Shown here: in pieces, positions 17,791-26,498 of the stretch
How the letters are laid out: each line of letters starts with the position of its first letter
How positions within the stretch are numbered: the first letter of the stretch is position 1
Assembly: GCA_965237905.1 (NCBI GenBank)
Contig: OZ250172.1
Coordinates: forward strand, 2,784,001-2,848,000
Length of the DNA: 64,000 nt
Source: Nitrospinaceae bacterium
GTDB lineage: Bacteria > Nitrospinota > Nitrospinia > Nitrospinales > Nitrospinaceae
Reading direction: 5' to 3'
Position numbers and translations under genes: made by a program
The notes under the pieces: generated by a model
Seen by the model: only the letters and a program-made list of their open reading frames with translations
What the model was told of the DNA's origin: nothing
Databases searched by the model: none

Positions 17791-19296
17791 TCAAGTTGCG
17801 CTGAGGGCGTCCCGGTGTTTGCGTTTGATTTTGATTTTGACCATATCGTTGATGTGGTCCACCGAATGCTGGCCGAACTGCTCCCGAATCATGGACTGGT
17901 AGGACGCATGCGTGAAATATTGATCGAACGCCTCATCCCGGAAATCCAAAACCTCCTCGTTGGTGAGGGTATCCGTCGGTAGGGGTAACGATTCATAGGC
18001 ATGTTGCGAATACCCGATCCAGCCGGGTCCGTCCGGGTCGTCCGGCAGAGGATGTCCTTTCTCCTTGGCCAGGGTGTACAACGGCGAACCAGGGTAAGCC
18101 ATTGCGCAGTAGAAATTGGCCCACTCCGCGTTGATCTCCTGCGCCAGATCCAGGGTGTCCTGCATGCTGGCTTGGGTGTCGTCGGGCAGGCCGAAGATAT
18201 AATTGGCGATCATGTAGATGCCATGCGCTTTGATTGTGTCGGTCGTTTTGATAATGTCGGTATCGCCGAACCGGCCCTTTTCGACGCCGTCGCGGACGTA
18301 CTGGCTTCCCGATTCGATTCCCAACGCCAGCCAGTTGAAGCCCGCACGTTTTAATTTTTCAAGATACCGGTCCTTGACAGTATCGATCCGTGCATAGGCC
18401 CATATATTGAGATCATATCCGCGCTCGATGATCAAATCGCAAATACCCGTCACATGTTGCTCGCTCAGCACAAACATTTCGTCGGGGATCTTAATATTTT
18501 TGACGCCGTAGGTATGAACCCGATGATCGATTTGGTCGACCACCAACTGCGGCGACCAATAGCGGATACCGGGTTGACCGAACGGCGCGTTGATACAACA
18601 GAAGGAGCATTTGTACGGGCAGCCCAGGCTGGTTTGCAAAGAGGCGTAGGGCTGACGGTCGTTGATGTGATCGAAGCAGTGCCAGTTGTGGGCGCGGTAT
18701 TTACTCATATCGATCAATTCCCAGGCTTGGCTGGGAATTTCGCGGTTCAGATCCGGAAGGTTTGGCGCCGGGGGATTATGGGCGATGGTGCCGTTGTCTC
18801 GGTACCAGAGTCCGGGAACTTTATGCAATCGGGGTTGGTCGGATTGCAACTCTTCGAGTAAATGAATGATTGTGTATGGGCCTTCCCCTTCACATACATA
18901 AGTGTACGGCTCCTCCTGCAAGGTGCGCTGGGGGAGGGCCGAGGCATGGGTTCCCATCACCAGAGTCTGCAATTGCGGGGCACCGGCGAATACTCGTTCG
19001 CAAACCTCTTTGCCGGCGGGCATGCATTGGGTGGAGGCGGAGGGTTGATGTCCGTAGACCACAAATATAGTCAAGGTGGCCTGGGCTTCGATAATCCTGC
19101 GGGCGGTTTCATCGAAGCCGATGCCCTCGGCCTCGGCATCCAGAATCTGGACCGAATGTCCTTTTCCTTTTATAAAAGTCGCGAGGAGCAGGGACCAGAC
19201 CGGTGGTTCGGTGGCGGACAGTGATTTTCCCAACTCCTGAAAAACTTTATCTTTGCTGGGAGGGGTAACGAGAAGAATATCCAAAATTTGACTCAT
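17791..19296 (-). CDS. Cobalamin-binding radical SAM enzyme (class B methyltransferase-like)
   Basis: N-terminal B12 domain (MGTHAS, GEGPYT), CPYKCSFC, GIESG, IFGLP, YPGSPLY. Confidence 0.9.
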   Translation of the reverse strand: MSQILDILLVTPPSKDKVFQELGKSLSATEPPVWSLLLATFIKGKGHSVQILDAEAEGIGFDETARRIIEAQATLTIFVVYGHQPSASTQCMPAGKEVCERVFAGAPQLQTLVMGTHASALPQRTLQEEPYTYVCEGEGPYTIIHLLEELQSDQPRLHKVPGLWYRDNGTIAHNPPAPNLPDLNREIPSQAWELIDMSKYRAHNWHCFDHINDRQPYASLQTSLGCPYKCSFCCINAPFGQPGIRYWSPQLVVDQIDHRVHTYGVKNIKIPDEMFVLSEQHVTGICDLIIERGYDLNIWAYARIDTVKDRYLEKLKRAGFNWLALGIESGSQYVRDGVEKGRFGDTDIIKTTDTIKAHGIYMIANYIFGLPDDTQASMQDTLDLAQEINAEWANFYCAMAYPGSPLYTLAKEKGHPLPDDPDGPGWIGYSQHAYESLPLPTDTLTNEEVLDFRDEAFDQYFTHASYQSMIREQFGQHSVDHINDMVKIKIKRKHRDALSAT

Positions 19297-19502
19297 AGGC
19301 TTGGAAACGGACTCGGAGACGCTGTCTGCCTATATCCTCCAAGTAGTTGAGTTTTTGATGAAAAGTCACGAAGGAACAGATTGGGCACTACGGCTGATTT
19401 TATAGCTTATCAGGATGGATATCAATGTTTTTGGGAGTATGGGGCACATCCTTAGAAAGCCGTTAACTTATTATAAATAAATAGGTTACTTACATGATCA
19501 GC
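19257..19502. repeat. 246-bp direct repeat, copy 1 (leader plus first 13 codons of the radical SAM gene)
   Basis: Aligns at offset 2679 with 21936-22181; shares CAAGTAGTTGAGTTTTTGATGAAAAGTCA and AAGCCGTTAACTTATTATAAATAAA. Confidence 0.95.
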
Positions 19503-19602
19503 AAGGGAAATGGGAAAAAATTTTAAATGATTTATGGTGAGCAGGAAAGAGGATAACCAGTCCGGAGTTTGTGAGCCTCCGAGGGGCCCACTCAGTAGGC
19601 GC

Positions 19603-21924
19603 TTACCCAGTCGATCTTTTTTCATACCAGTCAAAGTGTGAGCTGTCTATTTCACTGGCTTTGCCATTGGGACCCTTTTCAAGCAATTCGACTTCATACA
19701 TTCTCAAAATGTATCCTTCTTCATGGACTTCCCCCCCTTTGGTAAATATAAACCTGTAACGATAATATTCTTCCGGCTTTTTAATCCAAAAAGTGTTCTT
19801 CTCTTCGGGACTCCATTGAGTGTAGTCGGAATGCGAATTTACCGTTTGCCAGTTGTTGCCGTCATTAGAAGCCTGGAGTTCCCACGAAACCGGCATTCGG
19901 TCGACGGCCTCGGGCAGGTGAGACCCGATCCTGAAATTATAACCGGCTACTTTTCTTTTTGATTCAAAATGGATTTCAACCCACTCCTTCATTGGAAGTA
20001 CCCCTTGGGGTTCCCAAAAAGTGTGTAGGGATTGGTCGAAAAGATGTCTCGGACCAAAAGGAATAACTGGCCTCGGCTGATAAATATCCGATCCCGCCTT
20101 GGGATAGGATTGAGGGTAAACCGCATTCTCCTTGCCATAAGGTAGTTTCAATAAGTCCAGATTTTCCGGATTTTTTCCCTGGCGAAGGCGTTTTAAAAGG
20201 AGCAAGCGTATGTTCCTGTGGCTGTAGCCGTGCAAAATCATCTTGACTCCGAATTTGGGGCTATCGGGTGAATTAATGACGTCGGCCAGCAGATTCCTTC
20301 TTAATGCCAATCCCAGTTGTCCGGGCATGAAATCGAAACTCTTAATATCTTCCGGAATAATCAGGTAGTCCGCCTTTTTTATCCCCTTTTCCAGAATCTT
20401 TTTGAATTCATGGACAGGAGAATGCTTCTCGAAGTTGCCTGGAAATTGTTGGATTAAAGGACGCTCTTCAATCCAAGAGTAAAATAAATTGGGCGGGGGA
20501 AAACTGGCTTTTAGGCGATAATATCTTAATGTGCTTGTGCTATAAACTCCTCCAAACCACAAAAATCCTAGGTTACCTCCCTGCAGGGTATTTTCCAGGT
20601 TCAGCGCGAAACGTTCCATATCGGAAGCCGGGGCTATATTTTTATCCTTTGGGAAGGGGGTAAAAACCTTGGACATCATAATCCCGTAAGTGACGAGAAG
20701 AAGGCAGGCGGTTGGCACAAACATCGGATTCTGGATAACTCGTGCCACCTTTTGGTTGGAAAAAGTAATGGTCAAAATTCCCAGTACATTTAAAGTAAGC
20801 CCTATCAGCATTAATCGAAAAGGGTACGCTATATTAAACCAACCATGTCCATATCCTCTGGAAAATAACAATAAACCCATTAATAACATTCCATAAAATA
20901 AAACGCCTCCCGTGAGATTGCATAGGGCTAAAAGTCGATTTTCTTTGGTCCGTTTCTTTTTCCATCGTTTGAAGGCCAAAACACAGCCCGTTAAAACCAG
21001 GATATGAGAAAGGACCGTTAAAAACTTAACCCAAAAGGTAAACCACTCAAGAAATATCAACACACCTGGAAAATTAAACAGTATTAACTTCCCCCCATTT
21101 AAAACAATTTCAAATTCATTGATCAGGATGGTGAAATAACCGCCGTCATAATCTATGGCTTTAGATGCATCGCCGTAATACTTTAAAATTCCCTGGTAAT
21201 TGATCAGGTAATACCAACCCAACAGAATTCCGGAAATCAAAAAATATATCGTCAGAGGCCTAATAATCCGTTTTCGATTTGAACGGGTTTTAAAAAGCCG
21301 GTATAAAATCAAAATCCCCGGAAAAGCCAGAACGATAAGAACATAAGGCAGCGAGTTGCCGCGGCCCCATACCGCGAGGCCCGTAAAGACCCCGGCGTAC
21401 ACGGCATTTTTTATGTTTTTAGGCTCCAGAACGTAAACGATCATGTGGGCCGCCAGTGCCACCAGGATCCAATAAAAAGTTGCCTCGAGCCTTAGATTGA
21501 ACAAACCCATTTCATGCTGAAGGCCATAGACCCAGGGATAAACCCACAAAGACAGGGACAACAACAAAGTGGCGTTGAAAGATAAACTTAAGCGTCTGGT
21601 TACACGGAAAAAGGAAAGTGTACCAATCGCCATAAAAAGGTAATTGATTAGACAGAGGGAGGAGGGTTCTTTTGACAGGAAGGGAGAGAGTAGGGCTACG
21701 GGTAATTTATAAAGCCAATACCATTGTTCACTAGTAAATACCGATTTAATGGCTAAAAAATAATCTTTATGGCTCAAGTCAATCAGACTCATGAGCACTT
21801 TTGAATATTCCACTGGATCACCGAAGGGGACTACCTTCTGGTGGTATTTAAGAGAAATATTGCTAGTTATAACGTACAAGAAAATGCTGAGGGAAAATAC
21901 GATTAAAGAAATTTGGCTACGCAT
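19603..21924 (-). CDS. Polytopic membrane protein (GT-C-like) with C-terminal F5/8 type C (discoidin) domain
   Basis: About 11 TM segments with an early GD..EY loop; C-terminal LFD...TFW, P.SWELQASNDGNNW, YYRYRF. Start placed at ATG 21924 because the upstream codons derive from the repeat. Confidence 0.7.
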   Translation of the reverse strand: MRSQISLIVFSLSIFLYVITSNISLKYHQKVVPFGDPVEYSKVLMSLIDLSHKDYFLAIKSVFTSEQWYWLYKLPVALLSPFLSKEPSSLCLINYLFMAIGTLSFFRVTRRLSLSFNATLLLSLSLWVYPWVYGLQHEMGLFNLRLEATFYWILVALAAHMIVYVLEPKNIKNAVYAGVFTGLAVWGRGNSLPYVLIVLAFPGILILYRLFKTRSNRKRIIRPLTIYFLISGILLGWYYLINYQGILKYYGDASKAIDYDGGYFTILINEFEIVLNGGKLILFNFPGVLIFLEWFTFWVKFLTVLSHILVLTGCVLAFKRWKKKRTKENRLLALCNLTGGVLFYGMLLMGLLLFSRGYGHGWFNIAYPFRLMLIGLTLNVLGILTITFSNQKVARVIQNPMFVPTACLLLVTYGIMMSKVFTPFPKDKNIAPASDMERFALNLENTLQGGNLGFLWFGGVYSTSTLRYYRLKASFPPPNLFYSWIEERPLIQQFPGNFEKHSPVHEFKKILEKGIKKADYLIIPEDIKSFDFMPGQLGLALRRNLLADVINSPDSPKFGVKMILHGYSHRNIRLLLLKRLRQGKNPENLDLLKLPYGKENAVYPQSYPKAGSDIYQPRPVIPFGPRHLFDQSLHTFWEPQGVLPMKEWVEIHFESKRKVAGYNFRIGSHLPEAVDRMPVSWELQASNDGNNWQTVNSHSDYTQWSPEEKNTFWIKKPEEYYRYRFIFTKGGEVHEEGYILRMYEVELLEKGPNGKASEIDSSHFDWYEKRSTG

Positions 21925-21935
21925 AAAATTTCTAA

Positions 21936-22181
21936 TGGGAGGGTTAACGAGAGGAATATCCAAAATTTGACCAATAAGTTTGGAAACGGACCCGGAGACG
22001 CTATCCGCCTATATCCTTCAAGTAGTTGAGTTTTTGATGAAAAGTCAATAAGGAACCGATTGTACACTGTGGCTGACTCTATAGCTTATCAGGTAGGACA
22101 TCAATTTTTTTTGGAGTATTTGGTGCATCTTTGGGAAGCCGTTAACTTATTATAAATAAAAAGATTATTTACATGATCAGC
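21936..22181. repeat. 246-bp direct repeat, copy 2
   Basis: See copy 1. The radical SAM ATG equivalent reads TTG here (LGQILDIPLVNPP vs MSQILDILLVTPP). Confidence 0.95.
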
Positions 22182-22224
22182 CAAGTGAATTGTTTCATTT
22201 AGCATCCGGAACTACCCCAGGAAA

Positions 22225-24510
22225 TCAGGGGTTGTGAAGCCTAAGGTTCAGCCTTTTCCAGTCCGAGGCAATTTTCTTTGGGATGGACTCGCTACCGTCG
22301 AGAACTTCTGCCAGGTCTTTTCGAAAAACGGCAAAGAACCATGGCTTTATTTTATGAATGGAGGTTAGATCATTAGAAATAGTTTCTGTCTGATTTAATC
22401 GGATTTTCAACAACCATAATAGTTGTGAATCGGTGGAGGGATCCATGAAGTTTTCCAAGAGGACGGCGGCGTCATCAAGGGAATTGCTTTTCTTGGCGAG
22501 GATGGTACCCAAATAAAACAAGCTACTTTCCCAGATAATTTTTTCAATTTGTTTTATATACTTCTCCTGCCCATGGATGCGGTAACTTACAAGGTTGCGC
22601 ATTAGCGCATCATAATCAAAGTGCGAATCATGGAATTCACGCCAAAAAAGAAGGTCGTTAGGACGATACCGTAAAGAAGAACAGGTAATTATTTTTAAAA
22701 ATAAATTTTTTGCGGAAACGTATTCTTTTAATTCAAATTCAATGCGCGCAAGATTGAATAGTGCCGCCAATCGTTTGGGATGTTCCGCAACCAAACGGGT
22801 ATAGGAATTCTTGGCCGCAAATAGATATTTCCAATCTATTGAATCAATCAGGGCTCCTAAAGTACTTTGGTTTTTTCCCAAGGCTAATTTGTTTGTAGCC
22901 CGGCGAAAGGCGCCGACGGCTTTTTTAAATAAGTTCCACAGGGTCTTGAGCACCTTAAAAATTTTAAACATCGACATCGATTTTGTTTTGGATAGCAGGG
23001 AAATCAATTGAGTTCTCAAGCCGGAGGTCATGGTTATGATTTGGGTGGGCAGGTGCTTTTGCGACACATGGGAATAAAGGAAGGATTCGCCGATGGCGTC
23101 AAGAACCTCATAAGAATTGGAGTTTGTCAGATGGGCTCGAAAGTCTTCGTGATGGGATAAAAGTCTTTCTCTAGACCAGTCGCAGGAATATTGAATACGG
23201 AAAGGCGACCGGTTAGGATACCTTATATTGGAAAAAGGCGTTGTGATGGGTTTGCCTTTTTTCTCGATCAGGGAAGCAAAGGTGACTAGATTGAATAGGT
23301 ATCGTTTGGTGCATTTTTTTATATCAAAAAATTTCCGGACTTGATGAGCTCCCCGTTCAGCGGCCATTTTATATTTGGAGTCCCAATTTTGGATGACTTC
23401 CATCGCGTTTTCCGACAGGGTTTCATCCCGATAAGGGATTGCTCCTTCATCTGGGCCGAGAAATATACCCAACTCTCCCCCTTCCTGATAGAGGACGCAG
23501 CATCCCATGCTGAGGGCTTCCAAGGCGCGGCCATTGATCAAGCCCCATCGATTGACATAAGTGAAGGTGCATTTTGCCTGCCTAAGAAAGTGGTAATAAA
23601 ACTCCTCATGTACATAACCGTCGTGTACATAGATGTTAAAATTTTCCGGAAGTTGTAACAATTTGTAGATGGACTTTGATTTTCCTTCGTTATTGTCGAA
23701 TTGCTTTCCGGATATATAGAAGTCCAATATTTTTTTTCGGCTCAGAGAAGTTTTCGGCGATGCGTTGACACCAAGAAGTAAAGGGAATACAAAAGCCTGA
23801 CCGCAACCCAATTGTGCTAAATCCGAATGATCGCAACTGCCCAAAGCGATGGCGGCGTCAAACAACTTCATCAGATGATAGCAATGGTGAAAATGTCTGT
23901 CATAGTCCTGAGTGTGAAACAAAGTGGGGAAGGGGGCGTGTTCTATGCCTATGGGAGGCGGGTGATCCTCCAGCATATGGGATAAAAAAATATCTGGAAT
24001 CCAGCCCTCAGGTAACTTTCCCAAAACTTCATCGAGTGTGGTGGTGGGCCGAATGGGTATATCCGAATGAGAGGCATATCCAACGGTGATGACATCGGCT
24101 TCTTGAATGGATCTAAAATTTCCTACGTGGTCATAATTCGGGTGTTTGGAATCGTCTCTTGCTTGTAATAATATGCGTATTTTGGATTGCCGCACCCACT
24201 TTAAAAGCTTTTGTGCCGCCGACCCATATTCTGGATCGTCTACAATGCCATCCAACAAATTTTGGGCCTCGCGCTTTTTTCCCAAATGCCACAACGCGAT
24301 GGCCCCGCAAAACCGGTTTCGCGGACGAGTTGATCCTTTAATATTGGGATATCCGCGTTCAATATCTCCTAGTAAAATGAGACTGCATCCCGCCAATTCC
24401 GGGCAAGAGGTCAATTGATAGGATTGGGAATAATTGCCCGACCGAAAGGCGTTTTCGGCCAGAAGTTCTCTTGATGGGGAAACAGTTTCGTTGGGTAGAT
24501 TAGACTTCAT
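22225..24510 (-). CDS. Putative GT-B glycosyltransferase (CgeB/Glyco_trans_1_2-like) with TPR-like segments
   Basis: INGRALEALSMGC motif; TPR-like ALFNLARIEFELKEY; locus context. Confidence 0.6.
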   Translation of the reverse strand: MKSNLPNETVSPSRELLAENAFRSGNYSQSYQLTSCPELAGCSLILLGDIERGYPNIKGSTRPRNRFCGAIALWHLGKKREAQNLLDGIVDDPEYGSAAQKLLKWVRQSKIRILLQARDDSKHPNYDHVGNFRSIQEADVITVGYASHSDIPIRPTTTLDEVLGKLPEGWIPDIFLSHMLEDHPPPIGIEHAPFPTLFHTQDYDRHFHHCYHLMKLFDAAIALGSCDHSDLAQLGCGQAFVFPLLLGVNASPKTSLSRKKILDFYISGKQFDNNEGKSKSIYKLLQLPENFNIYVHDGYVHEEFYYHFLRQAKCTFTYVNRWGLINGRALEALSMGCCVLYQEGGELGIFLGPDEGAIPYRDETLSENAMEVIQNWDSKYKMAAERGAHQVRKFFDIKKCTKRYLFNLVTFASLIEKKGKPITTPFSNIRYPNRSPFRIQYSCDWSRERLLSHHEDFRAHLTNSNSYEVLDAIGESFLYSHVSQKHLPTQIITMTSGLRTQLISLLSKTKSMSMFKIFKVLKTLWNLFKKAVGAFRRATNKLALGKNQSTLGALIDSIDWKYLFAAKNSYTRLVAEHPKRLAALFNLARIEFELKEYVSAKNLFLKIITCSSLRYRPNDLLFWREFHDSHFDYDALMRNLVSYRIHGQEKYIKQIEKIIWESSLFYLGTILAKKSNSLDDAAVLLENFMDPSTDSQLLWLLKIRLNQTETISNDLTSIHKIKPWFFAVFRKDLAEVLDGSESIPKKIASDWKRLNLRLHNP

Positions 24511-24544
24511 TAGATAAACGGCACTCCGTGTGGGTTGTTATGTC

Positions 24545-25495
24545 TTAATTGGGTTTCCAGACTATCAGCGAATATCCTTCATGAAACATACTGCCGAAAT
24601 ATAATCTCTTTTCCACCATGATATCGATTGCTCCCTCACCTTGGAGTTTTCTTAAGGCCGTGAGAAAGCCGTCAAGATAGTTTCTTTTTTTGTGGTATTT
24701 GATGGCGAGCGCGTCAAATAAGTAATTACTGTCATACAACTCGATGATCGGCTCCAGATGGATTATGATTTTGGGGCGAACTTCCAATAGGTACTTCATC
24801 ATGGGGGAAAATAAAGTTCCTAGCTGCTCCATAGAGTGCATTGTCATGACAGCGGTATTCCCGTCAATAGCTACCTGGTCTTTTCCTTCCAGGGTGAGCA
24901 TGTTGAACCTAACCTCTTTGATGTTCGCATTCGTGCATTGGTTGATGATCTTAAGTATTTCCTGGGACGGGATAGCCCAATCGCACCCCACAAAAGATCT
25001 CTTGGGAAATAGCTCATTTAAAATGAGTAGACTGGTTCCTGTTCCGCATCCGAATTCCACGACCCGACTTGCATTCGCTAAAAACTTCTTGAAAACAATT
25101 TTTCTTAAAACGGTATAAAAATCATTTTCGAAAGTGCGGGAAAAAACCTTTATATAATCACCTTTCCAACGGAGGGTATCATGATAAATGTATTGGGGTA
25201 TTAAAAGGCCGGGGTTAAATTCCTTGTTTTTCAGATTTTCAAGGATTTCCCCCCAGCCCTGGTTCCACCGTGTGGGATTATTTTTCCCGGAAGGATGTAG
25301 GTCCGTGTCGTCAAGCTTATTCAATACCTCTAAAGTAATTCCGTCGCGTTCGCTTTGTGCAGGCGCCCTATAGCTTAGGTTGGGAAAACTATGTCCTTCA
25401 AGAAGGGACTCTATGTGGGAAGGATCCTGATCTAAGCAATCAGCGAAATCCTTCGGCCTAATAAAACCTGAATGCCATAAAGGCGGGTTTTGCAT
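24545..25495 (-). CDS. Class I SAM-dependent methyltransferase
   Basis: VEFGCGTG, GCDW, HSMEQ, HLEP. Confidence 0.8.
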   Translation of the reverse strand: MQNPPLWHSGFIRPKDFADCLDQDPSHIESLLEGHSFPNLSYRAPAQSERDGITLEVLNKLDDTDLHPSGKNNPTRWNQGWGEILENLKNKEFNPGLLIPQYIYHDTLRWKGDYIKVFSRTFENDFYTVLRKIVFKKFLANASRVVEFGCGTGTSLLILNELFPKRSFVGCDWAIPSQEILKIINQCTNANIKEVRFNMLTLEGKDQVAIDGNTAVMTMHSMEQLGTLFSPMMKYLLEVRPKIIIHLEPIIELYDSNYLFDALAIKYHKKRNYLDGFLTALRKLQGEGAIDIMVEKRLYFGSMFHEGYSLIVWKPN

Positions 25496-26451
25496 TATCT
25501 CAGAAAGTATGTTTTAAAACTTGCTGCATAGTCATTTTTAGTCAAGTCACTGCCCTGAAACGGTTTCAGCGGTTCACTGGATATCAGCATTCGGTTGATT
25601 CCATAATCACACCACTCCTCAAAAGAAATATAATTTTTAAGACGATCACTCTTCATATAATCATCCGGGTCTATCTTTTGTTTGGGGATAAACCGGAAAT
25701 CAATGGACAGCCGCAGGTTTCCGGAGGATTTTACAGTTTGGTGCAATAATATGGAGTCAGTGAAAATCAGAGTGCTTTTCGAAAAGTCACAGCCTTCATA
25801 CTTAATGGCATCATGGACTACATCGGCGCCTTCCAAAAAATCATCCAAGGGGCGGGATAAATTTTTCGGGAAATTTTTTGGTTCCCAAAAGTTAATCCCG
25901 GTATTGAGGGTATCTCCCAGCACAGGTATGAACGCCATGATGGCATTGGCAGGTTCTCCTGCCCATATATCGCTGTGAACTTTGGTTGCCGACCGAGGTC
26001 TGTTGTCGACAATAGGGTTGGGTGTGCCATCGACTAGGCGAATATTGATCGGCATATGAATGCTATCTATTTGAGAGTTTATTTTTAAGGCTCGGAAAAT
26101 TTGCGCCACGCTCTTGTGAACCAAATTAAATTCGAAATAAGTTTCTTTTTTCGGAAGCACCAATCCATTCGCAGTGATATTGGGCAGGGCCTTGATCTGA
26201 TTGGGATATTTTTCAATCAGATCAAGACTTAATTCGAACAAATCATTTTTAAAATAATTTGTCAGGTTGGAATATAAATAATAATTAATTGATGTGTTTA
26301 ATCGCTCGAAAAGAGTGGCGGAAATATTGGTGGCCTTTAACAAGGGGAAGTCCTGGCAAAGAGAAAAATGAGACATTATCTTTTCAAGTCGTTCCGCACG
26401 GTCGGGGATTGTTATAAAAGAACTGTCGAGCTTCTCGATTAACTTGACCAT
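25495..26451 (-). CDS. Putative Fe(II)/2-oxoglutarate oxygenase-like protein
   Basis: HSD...H...RLSIDFR, the facial triad plus R-x-S pattern. Confidence 0.6.
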   Translation of the reverse strand: MVKLIEKLDSSFITIPDRAERLEKIMSHFSLCQDFPLLKATNISATLFERLNTSINYYLYSNLTNYFKNDLFELSLDLIEKYPNQIKALPNITANGLVLPKKETYFEFNLVHKSVAQIFRALKINSQIDSIHMPINIRLVDGTPNPIVDNRPRSATKVHSDIWAGEPANAIMAFIPVLGDTLNTGINFWEPKNFPKNLSRPLDDFLEGADVVHDAIKYEGCDFSKSTLIFTDSILLHQTVKSSGNLRLSIDFRFIPKQKIDPDDYMKSDRLKNYISFEEWCDYGINRMLISSEPLKPFQGSDLTKNDYAASFKTYFLR

Positions 26452-26498
26452 GGCATTCCCTTATCCATAAAGATAGGTGTTCGCCTGGAGCTTGGCGC

